Positions 1 to 9,156 of a DNA stretch of 64,000 nt are shown here, piece after piece. The position numbers and the translations under genes were made by a program. This DNA is from an uncultured Chlamydiae bacterium. Lineage in GTDB: Bacteria > Chlamydiota > Chlamydiia > Chlamydiales > SM23-39. The stretch lies in the NCBI GenBank assembly GCA_963828125.1, contig CAWHDP010000002.1, positions 1,847,165 to 1,911,164 on the forward strand, in the 5' to 3' direction. Position 1 is the stretch's first letter; the number at the start of each line of letters is the position of its first letter. The notes under the pieces are model-generated. The model searched no databases and had not been told where the DNA came from. It saw only the letters and a program-made list of their open reading frames with translations.

Positions 1-640
1 GTCCACCCCATGTTGTCGCCCCTTTTCCTGTTAAGTAGTAGGGGCCGGCTCCGAAATAAAGGGGCGCTTTTTTGAAATGATTGATATGGGCGCCCACTTC
101 AGCGTTCGCCCCCTTTAGAGCAAAATCTTTTGTAGAGCGAATGAGCAAGGTGTTGCCCTGAAAGCGCCCAAATGTAAAGCCTCGAGAAGGACTCTGCTTC
201 CATCCAATGGGCAGATATCCATTGAGCCGGAAGTCCCAGACCCTTCCTAAACTCTCCAACCCTACGGCCACTTGATTGTAATGCTGATGGGCCGTGTTCC
301 GATAATCGTAATAGGAGTTAACGCCCCAGAGCCGCGATGTAGATAAATAACGGCATCCTATGCCTCCATTGGCCGCACATTTACCATTATCAAATACGTG
401 CCCGCGCACATCGATGAAGGGGAGCCATGCGCCGCCTAGAAAATTCCGTGGAGCAAAAAAACCTTCTAATGTGGCATAGCCATGCTTGTAGCCAATACCT
501 TGAGGCGTTGTATAGCGCGCGACCACTCGCATGTGCCTCTCCGATCGCTCGCACGTCTCTTCTGGCGCAGTCCATTCAGCTCCAAAAAGCGCTGTCACTA
601 ACAAACTTCCTAAACAACAACCCACCGACAACTTTCCCAT
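1..640 (-). CDS. Inverse autotransporter beta-domain protein, N-terminal part; runs off the left edge of the window
   Basis: Not in the ORF track because it is truncated. Manual translation from ATG 640 gives MGKLSVGCCLGSLLVTALFGAE...GIGYKHGYATLEGFF...LPFIDVRGHVFDNGKCAANGGIGCRY...WGVNSYYDYRNT...YNQVAVGLESLGRVWDFRLNGYLPIG: a signal peptide plus an invasin/intimin-like barrel pattern, open to base 1. Confidence 0.8.
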   Translation of the reverse strand, partial: MGKLSVGCCLGSLLVTALFGAEWTAPEETCERSERHMRVVARYTTPQGIGYKHGYATLEGFFAPRNFLGGAWLPFIDVRGHVFDNGKCAANGGIGCRYLSTSRLWGVNSYYDYRNTAHQHYNQVAVGLESLGRVWDFRLNGYLPIGWKQSPSRGFTFGRFQGNTLLIRSTKDFALKGANAEVGAHINHFKKAPLYFGAGPYYLTGKGATTWGG

Positions 641-718
641 CCGATACCTGCCACACAAAATATTGGTTACATTCACAGCATATCGCCGCCATTTAAAGAT
701 ATCAATAGGGTTTTTTAC

Positions 719-853
719 TTTGGATCTGCATTCCCCCTTCAGCCTTTTCGTGTCCTTCTTCATCCAAAGTCAAATAAGAGCCATTTCCAAACAGGGATGA
801 TTTGGATCTGCATCCCCCCTGGCTCTTCATGTCCTTCTTCATCCAAAGTCAAA
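719..853. repeat. Imperfect direct duplication of about 55 bp at the ATPase 3' end (719-774 and 801-853)
   Basis: Exact 24-bp core TGTCCTTCTTCATCCAAAGTCAAA at 751-774 and 830-853; both copies begin TTTGGATCTGCAT. Confidence 0.9.
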
Positions 854-2031
854 ATGATCCCTTCTGTCAGTTGATACTGATTCATGGCCTCAACAAGTCC
901 TCGCAATTCCCGTTCCCTTACGTCAGGATCTTCTAGCGATTTCGTCACTTGTATGGCTCTCACAATTTTTAAATCTTTTTTTAAAAGAAAATCGCACTCA
1001 TATTTTTGCTTATGAAAATAGGTTTCCTCTTGGCGCCTTTTGAATTCATTGTGAACCATGTTTTCCAGAATTCGTCCGCGATCTTCAGAAAATCGAAATG
1101 AAATCGCATTTGCTAAACCAATATCGGCGATGTATATTTTCTTGTCGCTGCCAATTTGACCTTTAAGAGAATAGTCAAATTTATGTAGCTCGCTAAATAG
1201 AAAAATCTCATAAAAATAGGAGCAGTAATCCATAATTGTTTGAGGATGCATTCCCAATGCCGTCGCACACCCCCTGTAACTGAAGGATTTGGCGCTATTT
1301 GTAGCCAAATAAATCCCCAATTCTTTTATTTTTGTTATGTTCACTTCATGTCTTGAAGCAATGTCTTTGTAGATAAAATCTTCAAAATAATTAACGAGTA
1401 ATTCCTTTTGCAACACAGGGCGTAAAACTACGGCTGGAAAGGCTCCCATCTCCAAATATTGGATGAAATGGTCTTTGATCACGGCCTCTTTTTTTGAAGA
1501 CATGGGAAAATGGATCTCTTCAATAGATTTGAAATTCAGAAATTCAGGAAAAGATAACGGATAGACTTCAATGGTGATGTTTCTCCCCGTCAAGAGGGTA
1601 GCGAATTCTTTTTTGATGAAGGAGGAGTTGGAGCCGCTGATCCAAATTTGGGCAATCTCTTTTCGATCGTAGGCCTTTCTAATGAAAGATGCCCAATCTT
1701 TACAATTTTGGATTTCATCGATCAATAAATTCTGTAGGGGAGCCACTGTCTGATAGGCTGAAATGATTTCACTCAATGTATATGTTTTTAGGATTTCATC
1801 TTCGAAATTAATATAAAGAACGTTTTTGTCTTGTTTGAATATTTTTTCGATGACCTGATACAGCAAAGTGCTTTTCCCGACTCTTCTGGCTCCTTCCAAT
1901 ATTTTAATTTCAGGTATCTGGAGGTAGGTTTCTAGATGATAAGCCCGTGGATAGCCGGCGAGCTGTTTTGGAAATTCTCCCTCGATCCAAGGATTCCAGT
2001 CATAAAGAGATTTGAGAATTTCCTGTTGCAT
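760..2031 (-). CDS. AAA+ ATPase, AAA_14/DUF4143 type
   Basis: Walker A GARRVGKS, Walker B LLIDEIQ, SGSNSS, LTGR, YLEMGAFP, KKIYIADIGL, ILENMV, ECDF. Confidence 0.9.
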   Translation of the reverse strand: MQQEILKSLYDWNPWIEGEFPKQLAGYPRAYHLETYLQIPEIKILEGARRVGKSTLLYQVIEKIFKQDKNVLYINFEDEILKTYTLSEIISAYQTVAPLQNLLIDEIQNCKDWASFIRKAYDRKEIAQIWISGSNSSFIKKEFATLLTGRNITIEVYPLSFPEFLNFKSIEEIHFPMSSKKEAVIKDHFIQYLEMGAFPAVVLRPVLQKELLVNYFEDFIYKDIASRHEVNITKIKELGIYLATNSAKSFSYRGCATALGMHPQTIMDYCSYFYEIFLFSELHKFDYSLKGQIGSDKKIYIADIGLANAISFRFSEDRGRILENMVHNEFKRRQEETYFHKQKYECDFLLKKDLKIVRAIQVTKSLEDPDVRERELRGLVEAMNQYQLTEGIILTLDEEGHEEPGGMQIQIIPVWKWLLFDFG

Positions 2032-2142
2032 GGCCCTCTAAGGCGTGGTTTGGCGTACTGGCCAATGTCCAGTATACTCCACTGTATCAAATTCACAGAT
2101 TTTGACCTACTGCAATAGATCGTTTTTGTATCGTTTTGGTTG

Positions 2143-2649
2143 TTAGTTACTTGCGTTGATCATTTCTTGGATTTGTAAGGCGATTTCATCTGCGGATCGG
2201 AAATCTACATCGATGATCTCGTCTGCGTAATTTACATAAAGAGGGAGTCGAAAATCGTATAATTTTTTGGCGCTCGCTAAGTCTTTAAATAGCGGTCTTG
2301 AATCATCTTCTTCTAATTGTTTGGAGATTTGTTCAAATGCAGCGTTCAAGAAGATCACTTGTCCGTTTGTTTTTTTGAAATAATCCAGAGTGATTTTATT
2401 GAGCACGACTCCACCTCCTGTGGAGATGATCAAATGATCTTTCGATGCGTATTCTTTTGCGATGGCAATCTCAGTTTCGCGAAGGAGTAACTCTCCCCCT
2501 TTTGCAAATACTTCATGCATATTTCGGCTGCCTGTTTTTTTGTAGACGAGCTCATCCATATCAACGGCGGCAAGGCCTAATAACTGGCTCAACCGTTTGG
2601 CAACTGTAGATTTTCCTGAACCCATGAACCCGATGAGTATGATGTTCAT
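2143..2649 (-). CDS. aroK: Shikimate kinase
   Basis: MNIILIGFMGSGKST P-loop, ISTGGGVV, SRPLF. The ATG at 2649 overlaps the aroA stop. Confidence 0.93.
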   Translation of the reverse strand: MNIILIGFMGSGKSTVAKRLSQLLGLAAVDMDELVYKKTGSRNMHEVFAKGGELLLRETEIAIAKEYASKDHLIISTGGGVVLNKITLDYFKKTNGQVIFLNAAFEQISKQLEEDDSRPLFKDLASAKKLYDFRLPLYVNYADEIIDVDFRSADEIALQIQEMINASN

Positions 2650-3917
2650 TTCAGGCTCCTTAAAACTTCCCAAAAGTTCGGAAACGTCTTATTCACAACC
2701 TCAGGGTGACGAATGACAATACCGGGCAAATACATGCCTGCCACAGCAAAAGCCATGGCTATCCTATGGTCATTATAAGTATCGATTTCGGCTCCGTGGG
2801 GCGAACCTCCATGAATCGTTAAGGTGTCGTGTGTATCTTCGGTTCGAATGCCCATTTTACTCAGTTCATTCTTAAGAGCGAGGACGCGCTCTGTTTCTTT
2901 GACTCTGAGAGAGCGGACTCCTGAAATGTGAGTGACCCCTTTCGCAAATGCCGCTAATATTGCCATTGTCATCACCTGATCTGGACAATCTTCCATATCA
3001 ACATCTAGGGCCGCAAGGCGTTTTCCTTCGATGCGGACTTTATTTTCTTCCAGGCTTACGATATTTCCCATCTTCTCCAAAATCTCTAAAAATTTTCGGT
3101 CGGCTTGTGCGGAGGAGGAGTTTAAATTCTCTACCGTAAGGGTCGATTTCGTTAAAACTGCAATCGCAAAAAAATATCCGGCGCTCGAAAAATCGCCTTC
3201 AATCATATATTTTTCCTTTCGGTAGGATTGATCCCCGGGGACAAAATAATTTCCGCCCGTTTTTACGATCACTTTAACTCCCCACTCTTGCATACAGCTT
3301 AGGGTCATATCGATATAGGATTTCGAAATCAGCGGACCTTTTATGTGGATGGTAAATCCTTTTGAAATGTAGGGGGCGATTAAAAGGATCGCCGAGCAAA
3401 ACTGGCTGCTCACATCGCCTTGGAGATGGACCGAATCGCCAGATAGGGTAGAGGTGGAAATTTTGACGGGAAGCTGGCCCTCTTGGCCGCAATATTCAAT
3501 CCTAGCGTTTAAGGTTTGCAAAGCCTCCACTAAGTCTCTGATCGGCCTCTCATTTAACCGTCGGCTCCCTCCGATTGTTTTGATTCCTGGAACAATGCAA
3601 AGAAGGGCCAATAGAAAGCGAACTGTGGTTCCTGAATCATGAGCAAATAGTTGGTAGTTTCGATCTTCCACAGAACGGATATCGCCATGCACAATGATCT
3701 CGTCTCGCCTGGTTTCAATCTCTAACCCTAAGGTTCGCAAACAGCCGATCATTGCCTCAGTATCTTCACTATACAAAGGGTTCCTAAGGGATACAGGGCC
3801 CTTTATGAGCGCTGCCATGATTAAAGCTCGATTGGTGTAACTTTTCGAACCGGGCATCCGGACGTTTGCGCAAACAGGCTCCTTCAACGGGGTCAGCGCT
3901 AATTTTTTATCGTTCAT
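2646..3917 (-). CDS. aroA: EPSP synthase (3-phosphoshikimate 1-carboxyvinyltransferase)
   Basis: PGSKSYTNRAL, SGTTVRF, ERPI, SSQF, LRVKETER, DHRIAMAF. Confidence 0.96.
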   Translation of the reverse strand: MNDKKLALTPLKEPVCANVRMPGSKSYTNRALIMAALIKGPVSLRNPLYSEDTEAMIGCLRTLGLEIETRRDEIIVHGDIRSVEDRNYQLFAHDSGTTVRFLLALLCIVPGIKTIGGSRRLNERPIRDLVEALQTLNARIEYCGQEGQLPVKISTSTLSGDSVHLQGDVSSQFCSAILLIAPYISKGFTIHIKGPLISKSYIDMTLSCMQEWGVKVIVKTGGNYFVPGDQSYRKEKYMIEGDFSSAGYFFAIAVLTKSTLTVENLNSSSAQADRKFLEILEKMGNIVSLEENKVRIEGKRLAALDVDMEDCPDQVMTMAILAAFAKGVTHISGVRSLRVKETERVLALKNELSKMGIRTEDTHDTLTIHGGSPHGAEIDTYNDHRIAMAFAVAGMYLPGIVIRHPEVVNKTFPNFWEVLRSLK

Positions 3918-3925
3918 AGGGCCGT

Positions 3926-4336
3926 TCACTTATATTTTGCCAGTTCTTGCCGGATCCCCTCTAGAAGCGGCTCCATCCATTCCACTTGAGCAAATTCTTT
4001 CTTCAGGTCTTGGAACACCTCTTTCTTTGCCTCTTCCAAGGTTTTGATTTTCTCTTTTTTATAGTAATAGCTCCAAAAAAGGATCGACACTTTCAAATGC
4101 CCGCGGAGCGCCTGCTTGAATTCCCGCTCAAATCGCCCAAACTCTTCAAGACAGGGACGCATGTCCCGTTTTTCTCCCGGACGGAAAAAATAGAGGGAGA
4201 GCCCCAAGCCGATCCCGCTTCCCGCTAAAATAACCGCCCAAATTTCCCAGCGCATCTGTAAAAATTCCATCGAAAGACAAGTCGCGCTCATTCCGAGAAG
4301 CAGAGCAAAAATCAGGGCTAAAATTGTCTTGACCAT
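3926..4336 (-). CDS. Hypothetical membrane protein with 2 N-terminal TM helices
   Basis: Two hydrophobic segments followed by a charged helical tail; co-oriented with aroA. Start codon uncertain (4336 or 4363). Confidence 0.65.
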   Translation of the reverse strand: MVKTILALIFALLLGMSATCLSMEFLQMRWEIWAVILAGSGIGLGLSLYFFRPGEKRDMRPCLEEFGRFEREFKQALRGHLKVSILFWSYYYKKEKIKTLEEAKKEVFQDLKKEFAQVEWMEPLLEGIRQELAKYK

Positions 4337-4405
4337 TCTTCCTAATGTCTCAAAAAATACCATAAAATTTCAAGTTCAGTATAACATGGCAGAGAGGTGG
4401 AATTT

Positions 4406-5770
4406 ATGGATGTGTTGAAAATCAAAGGTGTGAAACCGCTCTCAGGACAGATCAAAGCGGCAGGTGCAAAAAACGCGATGACAAAATTATTGGTGGCGTC
4501 ACTCCTCTCCGATAAAAAATGTACGTTTACCAACGTCCCTAACATCGGAGACGTCGAAATCACAGTGAATCTATGCCGGGAAATTGGATCGGAGATCAAG
4601 TGGGATAAAAAAGATAAAATTCTCGAGATCTGCACGCCAGAATTGAAAACTTCGTACGTTCCCCAGCGCTACTCGGGCTCTAACCGGATTCCGATCCTCA
4701 TGATCGGCGCCCTGCTCGGAAGGACCGACGAAGATATCATCGTTCCAACGATCGGGGGCGATTTGATCGGCTCCCGTCCGGTCGATCTTCACATCCACGC
4801 GCTTCAAAAGCTGGGGGCTCAGATCGAATACCGGGAGATGAAAAAAGAGGGGGCCTATTTCGCGCAGGCTCATCAAGGATTGAAGGGGGCGATCGTCCAT
4901 CTCAACTATCCATCGGTCGGCGCTACCGAAAATACGATCCTCGCCGCTGTCCGCGCCAAAGGGACGACTCTCATCAAAAACGCTGCCATTGAACCTGAAA
5001 TCATCGATCTCATCCTTTTTTTGCAAAAACTCGGCGCCAATATCCGGGTCGACGCCGATCGGACGATCTGCGTTCAGCACGCCCATCAATTTCAAGAGGT
5101 CGAACACACGGTACTCGCCGATCGGAACGAAGTCGCCTCGTACGCCATGGCTGCCATCAGCACGAAAGGACGGGTCTTTATCGAGGGGGCCGAACATCTC
5201 AATATGATCGCCTTTCTCAATAAACTCCGAGAAATCGGGGGAGGCTTCCAAATCAAAAAAAACGGAATCGATTTTTTCTATGAAAATGAACTGCGCGGCG
5301 GCCTTCACTTAGAGACAGACGTCCATCCAGGATTCATGACCGACTGGCAGCAGCCCTTCGTCGTCCTAATGACGCAGGCTCAAGGGGTGTCGGTCATCCA
5401 CGAGACAGTCTATGAAAACCGGTTTGGCTACACACGGACCCTCAAAGAAATGGGCGCCGATATCGAACTTTTCACCCAATGCCTCGGCGGCAAAAGTTGC
5501 CGATTTGCCTCCAGCGACCACCATCACAGCATCGTCATCAAAGGGCCCACCCCCCTGAGGGCTAAGGAAATCGCCATCCCCGATTTGAGGGCAGGCTTTG
5601 CTTATGTGATGGCAGCGCTGCTGACGCCCGAAACGAGTACCGTCGCCAATGTCGACTACCTCGACCGAGGCTACGAGGCGCTCGTCGAAAAACTCACCTC
5701 GCTCGGCGCCGATATCACCCGGGCTACGATTCCTAAAAAAAAGCCGGCGCCCGCGGAAGTTCTTGTTTGA
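4406..5770 (+). CDS. murA: UDP-N-acetylglucosamine 1-carboxyvinyltransferase
   Basis: GAKNA, GGDLIGSRPVDLH, PSVGATEN, PGFMTDWQQ, ETVYENRF, DLRAG, LDRGY; GAGG SD before ATG 4406. Confidence 0.96.
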   Translation: MDVLKIKGVKPLSGQIKAAGAKNAMTKLLVASLLSDKKCTFTNVPNIGDVEITVNLCREIGSEIKWDKKDKILEICTPELKTSYVPQRYSGSNRIPILMIGALLGRTDEDIIVPTIGGDLIGSRPVDLHIHALQKLGAQIEYREMKKEGAYFAQAHQGLKGAIVHLNYPSVGATENTILAAVRAKGTTLIKNAAIEPEIIDLILFLQKLGANIRVDADRTICVQHAHQFQEVEHTVLADRNEVASYAMAAISTKGRVFIEGAEHLNMIAFLNKLREIGGGFQIKKNGIDFFYENELRGGLHLETDVHPGFMTDWQQPFVVLMTQAQGVSVIHETVYENRFGYTRTLKEMGADIELFTQCLGGKSCRFASSDHHHSIVIKGPTPLRAKEIAIPDLRAGFAYVMAALLTPETSTVANVDYLDRGYEALVEKLTSLGADITRATIPKKKPAPAEVLV

Positions 5771-5779
5771 CTCAAGGGG

Positions 5780-6784
5780 ATGCCGTGGATTAAACTCGTG
5801 TCCCCTATGACGATACCACCTCTCTGGCGCCAAATCCAAAAAAATAACTTCACGAAAATGGGAGAGCTCTTGGACTTCCTCGCCCTCTCAGAGGAGTTCC
5901 GTGGGAAAATTCTGACACGTCCTCGCTTTGCGCTGAATCTGCCGCAGCGGTTGGCCGCAAAAATCGGGAAAAACACGTTAGACGATCCTATTTTGCGTCA
6001 GTTCGTCCCCCTCTCTGAGGAACTGATCCCCACCTTTGGATTTGTCCATGACCCGGTTCAAGACCAAACGTTTAAAAAAACAGAAAAAATCCTTCATAAA
6101 TACGAGGGGCGGGCTCTTTTGATCGCAACGGGCGCCTGCGCGATGCACTGTAGATACTGCTTTCGGCAAAATTTTCCCTATGAAACAGAGGATAAAAACT
6201 TTGCCGCCGAAATCTCCTATATAAAAAATAAAGAGGATGTCTCAGAGATCGTCTTGAGCGGCGGAGACCCTCTCTCTCTGAGCGACGCCGCGCTGGCGGC
6301 GCTTTTATCTGCTCTCGATGGGATCGCCCATCTCAAACGGATCCGTTTCCACACCCGCTTCCCCATCGGCATTCCCGAACGGATCGACCCCTCGTTCTTA
6401 AATGTGCTCGCCGCCTCTTCCAAACAAATTTTTTTCGTCATCCACGCCAATCACCCCAGAGAACTCGATCAGGACGTCCTTCTTGCCCTCAAACAAATCC
6501 AACGGCTTGGAGTTCCCACCCTCAATCAATCTGTTCTCCTCAAGGGGGTTAATGACGACGAAGAGACCCTCCTCACTCTATCGGAGACCCTGATCGACAG
6601 CGGCATTATCCCCTATTACCTCCACTCCCTCGACCCGATCCAAGGAGCTGGCCACTTCGCTCTTCCTCAAGAGCGGGGTCCCCAGCTTATCCGCTATATC
6701 CAAACTCATCTATCCGGCTATGGAGTGCCTAGATTTGTCCGAGAAGAGCCTGGCTGTCCCAGTAAAACTTTTATAACTTATTAA
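5780..6784 (+). CDS. epmB: KamA/EpmB-family radical SAM lysine 2,3-aminomutase
   Basis: LHKYEGRAL, CxxxCxxC (CAMHCRYCFR), SGGDPL, HANHPRE, NQSVLLKGVND, PYYLH. Confidence 0.9.
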   Translation: MPWIKLVSPMTIPPLWRQIQKNNFTKMGELLDFLALSEEFRGKILTRPRFALNLPQRLAAKIGKNTLDDPILRQFVPLSEELIPTFGFVHDPVQDQTFKKTEKILHKYEGRALLIATGACAMHCRYCFRQNFPYETEDKNFAAEISYIKNKEDVSEIVLSGGDPLSLSDAALAALLSALDGIAHLKRIRFHTRFPIGIPERIDPSFLNVLAASSKQIFFVIHANHPRELDQDVLLALKQIQRLGVPTLNQSVLLKGVNDDEETLLTLSETLIDSGIIPYYLHSLDPIQGAGHFALPQERGPQLIRYIQTHLSGYGVPRFVREEPGCPSKTFITY

Positions 6785-6818
6785 AAATAAATAATTAATA
6801 TTGGTGGCAAAAATTATA

Positions 6819-6847
6819 TTCATAACAATTAATCATTTTGATATAAT
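6819..6847 (+). promoter_or_regulatory. Sigma66/70-type promoter with extended -10
   Basis: TTCATA(6819-6824)-N17-TATAAT(6842-6847), with TG at 6839-6840 (TGnTATAAT). No + strand gene lies downstream before the terminator. Confidence 0.65.
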
Positions 6848-6853
6848 CTTTCT

Positions 6854-6934
6854 TGATTAACAGATCACCCTGTTAGTTGATTATTCCATTACACCCTATT
6901 TATCCCAAGCGCCCTCAATCAGGGCGCTTTTTTT
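6854..6934 (+). ncRNA. Candidate small RNA of about 80 nt
   Basis: Promoter upstream, an 11-bp 5' hairpin with G-U pairs on the + strand (6853-6880), a C/U-rich linker and an intrinsic terminator. Confidence 0.55.
6907..6934 (+). terminator. Rho-independent terminator
   Basis: AAGCGCCCT-CAATC-AGGGCGCTT followed by a T run. Confidence 0.85.
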
Positions 6935-8036
6935 ATTCTTTTATCTGCGCAGAGCGGTTGAGGAGGATGGCGTCGGCCAACACAAGGGCGGTCATCGCTT
7001 CGATGATGGGGACAGCGCGAATGGCGACACATGGGTCGTGTCTCGATCCTTCGGGCAAGTTAAACGGCTTTCTTTGCCCTTTTAGATTGACCGTTTTTTG
7101 AGTCTTTTGGATGCTGGAGGTGGGTTTGAAGGCGACGCGGAAGGTGAGAGGGAGTCCCGTTGAAATGCCGCCGAGGGTGCCGCCAGCGTAGTTGGTGGTT
7201 GTGGTGATCTCCCCTTTTTCATCGACGTCGAACGCATCGTTGTGTTCAGAGCCTTTCATTCGGGCTGCGGCGAAGCCGGAGCCGATTTCAAAGCCTTTGG
7301 TCGCGGGGAGCGAGAGCATGGCCGAGGCCAAATTCGCCTCGAGTTTTCCATAGACGGGATCTCCTAAGCCGGGAGGCAATTTAGCCACTGCGCATTGGAG
7401 GATGCCGCCGAGGGAATCCCCCTCCTCTTTCGCTTTTTCGATCGCTTTCATCATTTTGTCAGCGGCTTTGCTGTCGGGGCAGAAGATCGGGCTGGCAAAC
7501 ACCTTTTTTCTGAGTTTTGCGGGGGAGTCCAAATTCGGTTCGGCGATACCGAGGCCTCCGATTTCGGCGACAAAGGCGCAGAGCTCAATCCCGTTATGGT
7601 CCAGAAATTTTTTTGCCACGGCGCCCGCTGCGACGCGGGCGGTGGTTTCGCGGGCCGAAGAGCGTCCTCCGCCTCGGTAGTCGAAGATACCGTATTTATG
7701 CAGGTAGGTGAAATTGGCGTGGCCAGGGCGGAGGAGATTTTTGATCGGTTCGTATTTAGAGGAGTCGGCGTCGCGGTTCCAAATCAAAAGGGCGATCGGC
7801 GCGCCGGTCGTTTTCCCCTCGAAGAGGCCAGATAAAATCTGGACCTCGTCTTTTTCGGCGCGGGGGGAGGTGTAGGGGTTGTTGCCCGGTTGTCTTAAGG
7901 CAAGCTCCCGATCGATCTCCTCTTTGCTGATCAGCAAACCGGCAGGGCAGCCGTCGATGACGACGCCGATGGCGGGGCCGTGCGACTCGCCAAAAGTGGT
8001 GATCCGGAAGAGCTGACCGAAAAAGTTAGAAGCCAT
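6933..8036 (-). CDS. aroC: Chorismate synthase
   Basis: TTFGESHG, RPGHA, GGGRSSARET, KGFEIGSGF, AFKPTSS, RHDPC; start MASNFFG at 8036. Confidence 0.97.
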   Translation of the reverse strand: MASNFFGQLFRITTFGESHGPAIGVVIDGCPAGLLISKEEIDRELALRQPGNNPYTSPRAEKDEVQILSGLFEGKTTGAPIALLIWNRDADSSKYEPIKNLLRPGHANFTYLHKYGIFDYRGGGRSSARETTARVAAGAVAKKFLDHNGIELCAFVAEIGGLGIAEPNLDSPAKLRKKVFASPIFCPDSKAADKMMKAIEKAKEEGDSLGGILQCAVAKLPPGLGDPVYGKLEANLASAMLSLPATKGFEIGSGFAAARMKGSEHNDAFDVDEKGEITTTTNYAGGTLGGISTGLPLTFRVAFKPTSSIQKTQKTVNLKGQRKPFNLPEGSRHDPCVAIRAVPIIEAMTALVLADAILLNRSAQIKE

Positions 8037-8062
8037 TAACAGCAATATAGACTGAAGGGCTG

Positions 8063-9106
8063 CTAAAATGCCAGCCCCATCCATTTTAGGAGCGACTCAA
8101 TCTGTTTTTTGGGGATTGTTCTGCAATATTCTCCGCCGAACGGGACACACTGGCCGATTTTCTCGATCAAAACAAAGCGGGCGGCTCCCGCTTCGGTTTT
8201 TTTATCCATGGATAGCGCTTCGAAAAAGGCTTCTGTATCGAACTTCTTAAAACGGTAGCCGAGGCTCCGGTAGAGGGCTAAAATCTCCTCGAGCTCCTCC
8301 CGAGGCAAATACCCTAAAGCGTGGCTTAAATAACTCTCAGCCATGCATCCTAGAGCGACCGCCTCGCCATGCGCCATTTCATAACCAGACAGCAGTTCGA
8401 GCGCATGGCCCACCGTATGGCCGAAATTGAGGATTCTCCGGAGCCCTGTTGTCTCTTCAAAATCCTCTTGGGCGATTTTCACTTTGCACCGGATCGAAGC
8501 GTCGATCAAAAAGGGGAGTTCCTGTTCCCAATGGGCGCACCTCTCCCAAATTTCCCTATTTTCAATGAGTCCGTATTTCAGCACCTCGCTCAGTCCATTT
8601 TTCATCTCTTTTTCGGGGAGTGTCGAGAGGAAAGCCGCATCGATGAAAACCGCTTTCGGCAAATAGAACGATCCGATGAGATTTTTGCCAAACGGCGTGT
8701 CGACCCCCGTTTTGCCTCCAATGGCTGCATCGACCATGCCGAGGAGCGTAGTTGGGATTAACACCAACGGCACGCCGCGCAAATAGGTCGAAGCGATGAA
8801 GCCGACGAGATCGGTCGTCACCCCGCCCCCCATGCCGACGATCACCGAATCGCGCCCCAATTTTTTTCTCAGCAATTCATCTTCAACGGCCTGCTTGACC
8901 TCCCTCGTTTTTTGCTGAGGGACGAGGATCAACTCGAACCCAAGAACTTTCTGGATCCTGGCTCCATGCATCTCACCGATTGTCTCGTCGACCAAAATCG
9001 CCCCGCGCCTAGCGAGGTTGTGACAGAGTTCCGCAAGACGGTTCAATCCAAAATGGATCTCCGTTTTAGGCTGCGGCAGGGGAGGGGACAAGGTTAAAAC
9101 ATCCAT
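8063..9106 (-). CDS. aroB: 3-dehydroquinate synthase
   Basis: GGGVTTDLVGF, PTTLLGMVDAAIGGKTG, KNLIGSF, LNFGHTVGHALE, HGEAVALG. Confidence 0.96.
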   Translation of the reverse strand: MDVLTLSPPLPQPKTEIHFGLNRLAELCHNLARRGAILVDETIGEMHGARIQKVLGFELILVPQQKTREVKQAVEDELLRKKLGRDSVIVGMGGGVTTDLVGFIASTYLRGVPLVLIPTTLLGMVDAAIGGKTGVDTPFGKNLIGSFYLPKAVFIDAAFLSTLPEKEMKNGLSEVLKYGLIENREIWERCAHWEQELPFLIDASIRCKVKIAQEDFEETTGLRRILNFGHTVGHALELLSGYEMAHGEAVALGCMAESYLSHALGYLPREELEEILALYRSLGYRFKKFDTEAFFEALSMDKKTEAGAARFVLIEKIGQCVPFGGEYCRTIPKKQIESLLKWMGLAF

Positions 9107-9156
9107 GGGGTCACTATAGCTTGCTTTTAAATTCTCCGTCGACTACTTATCGAAAT

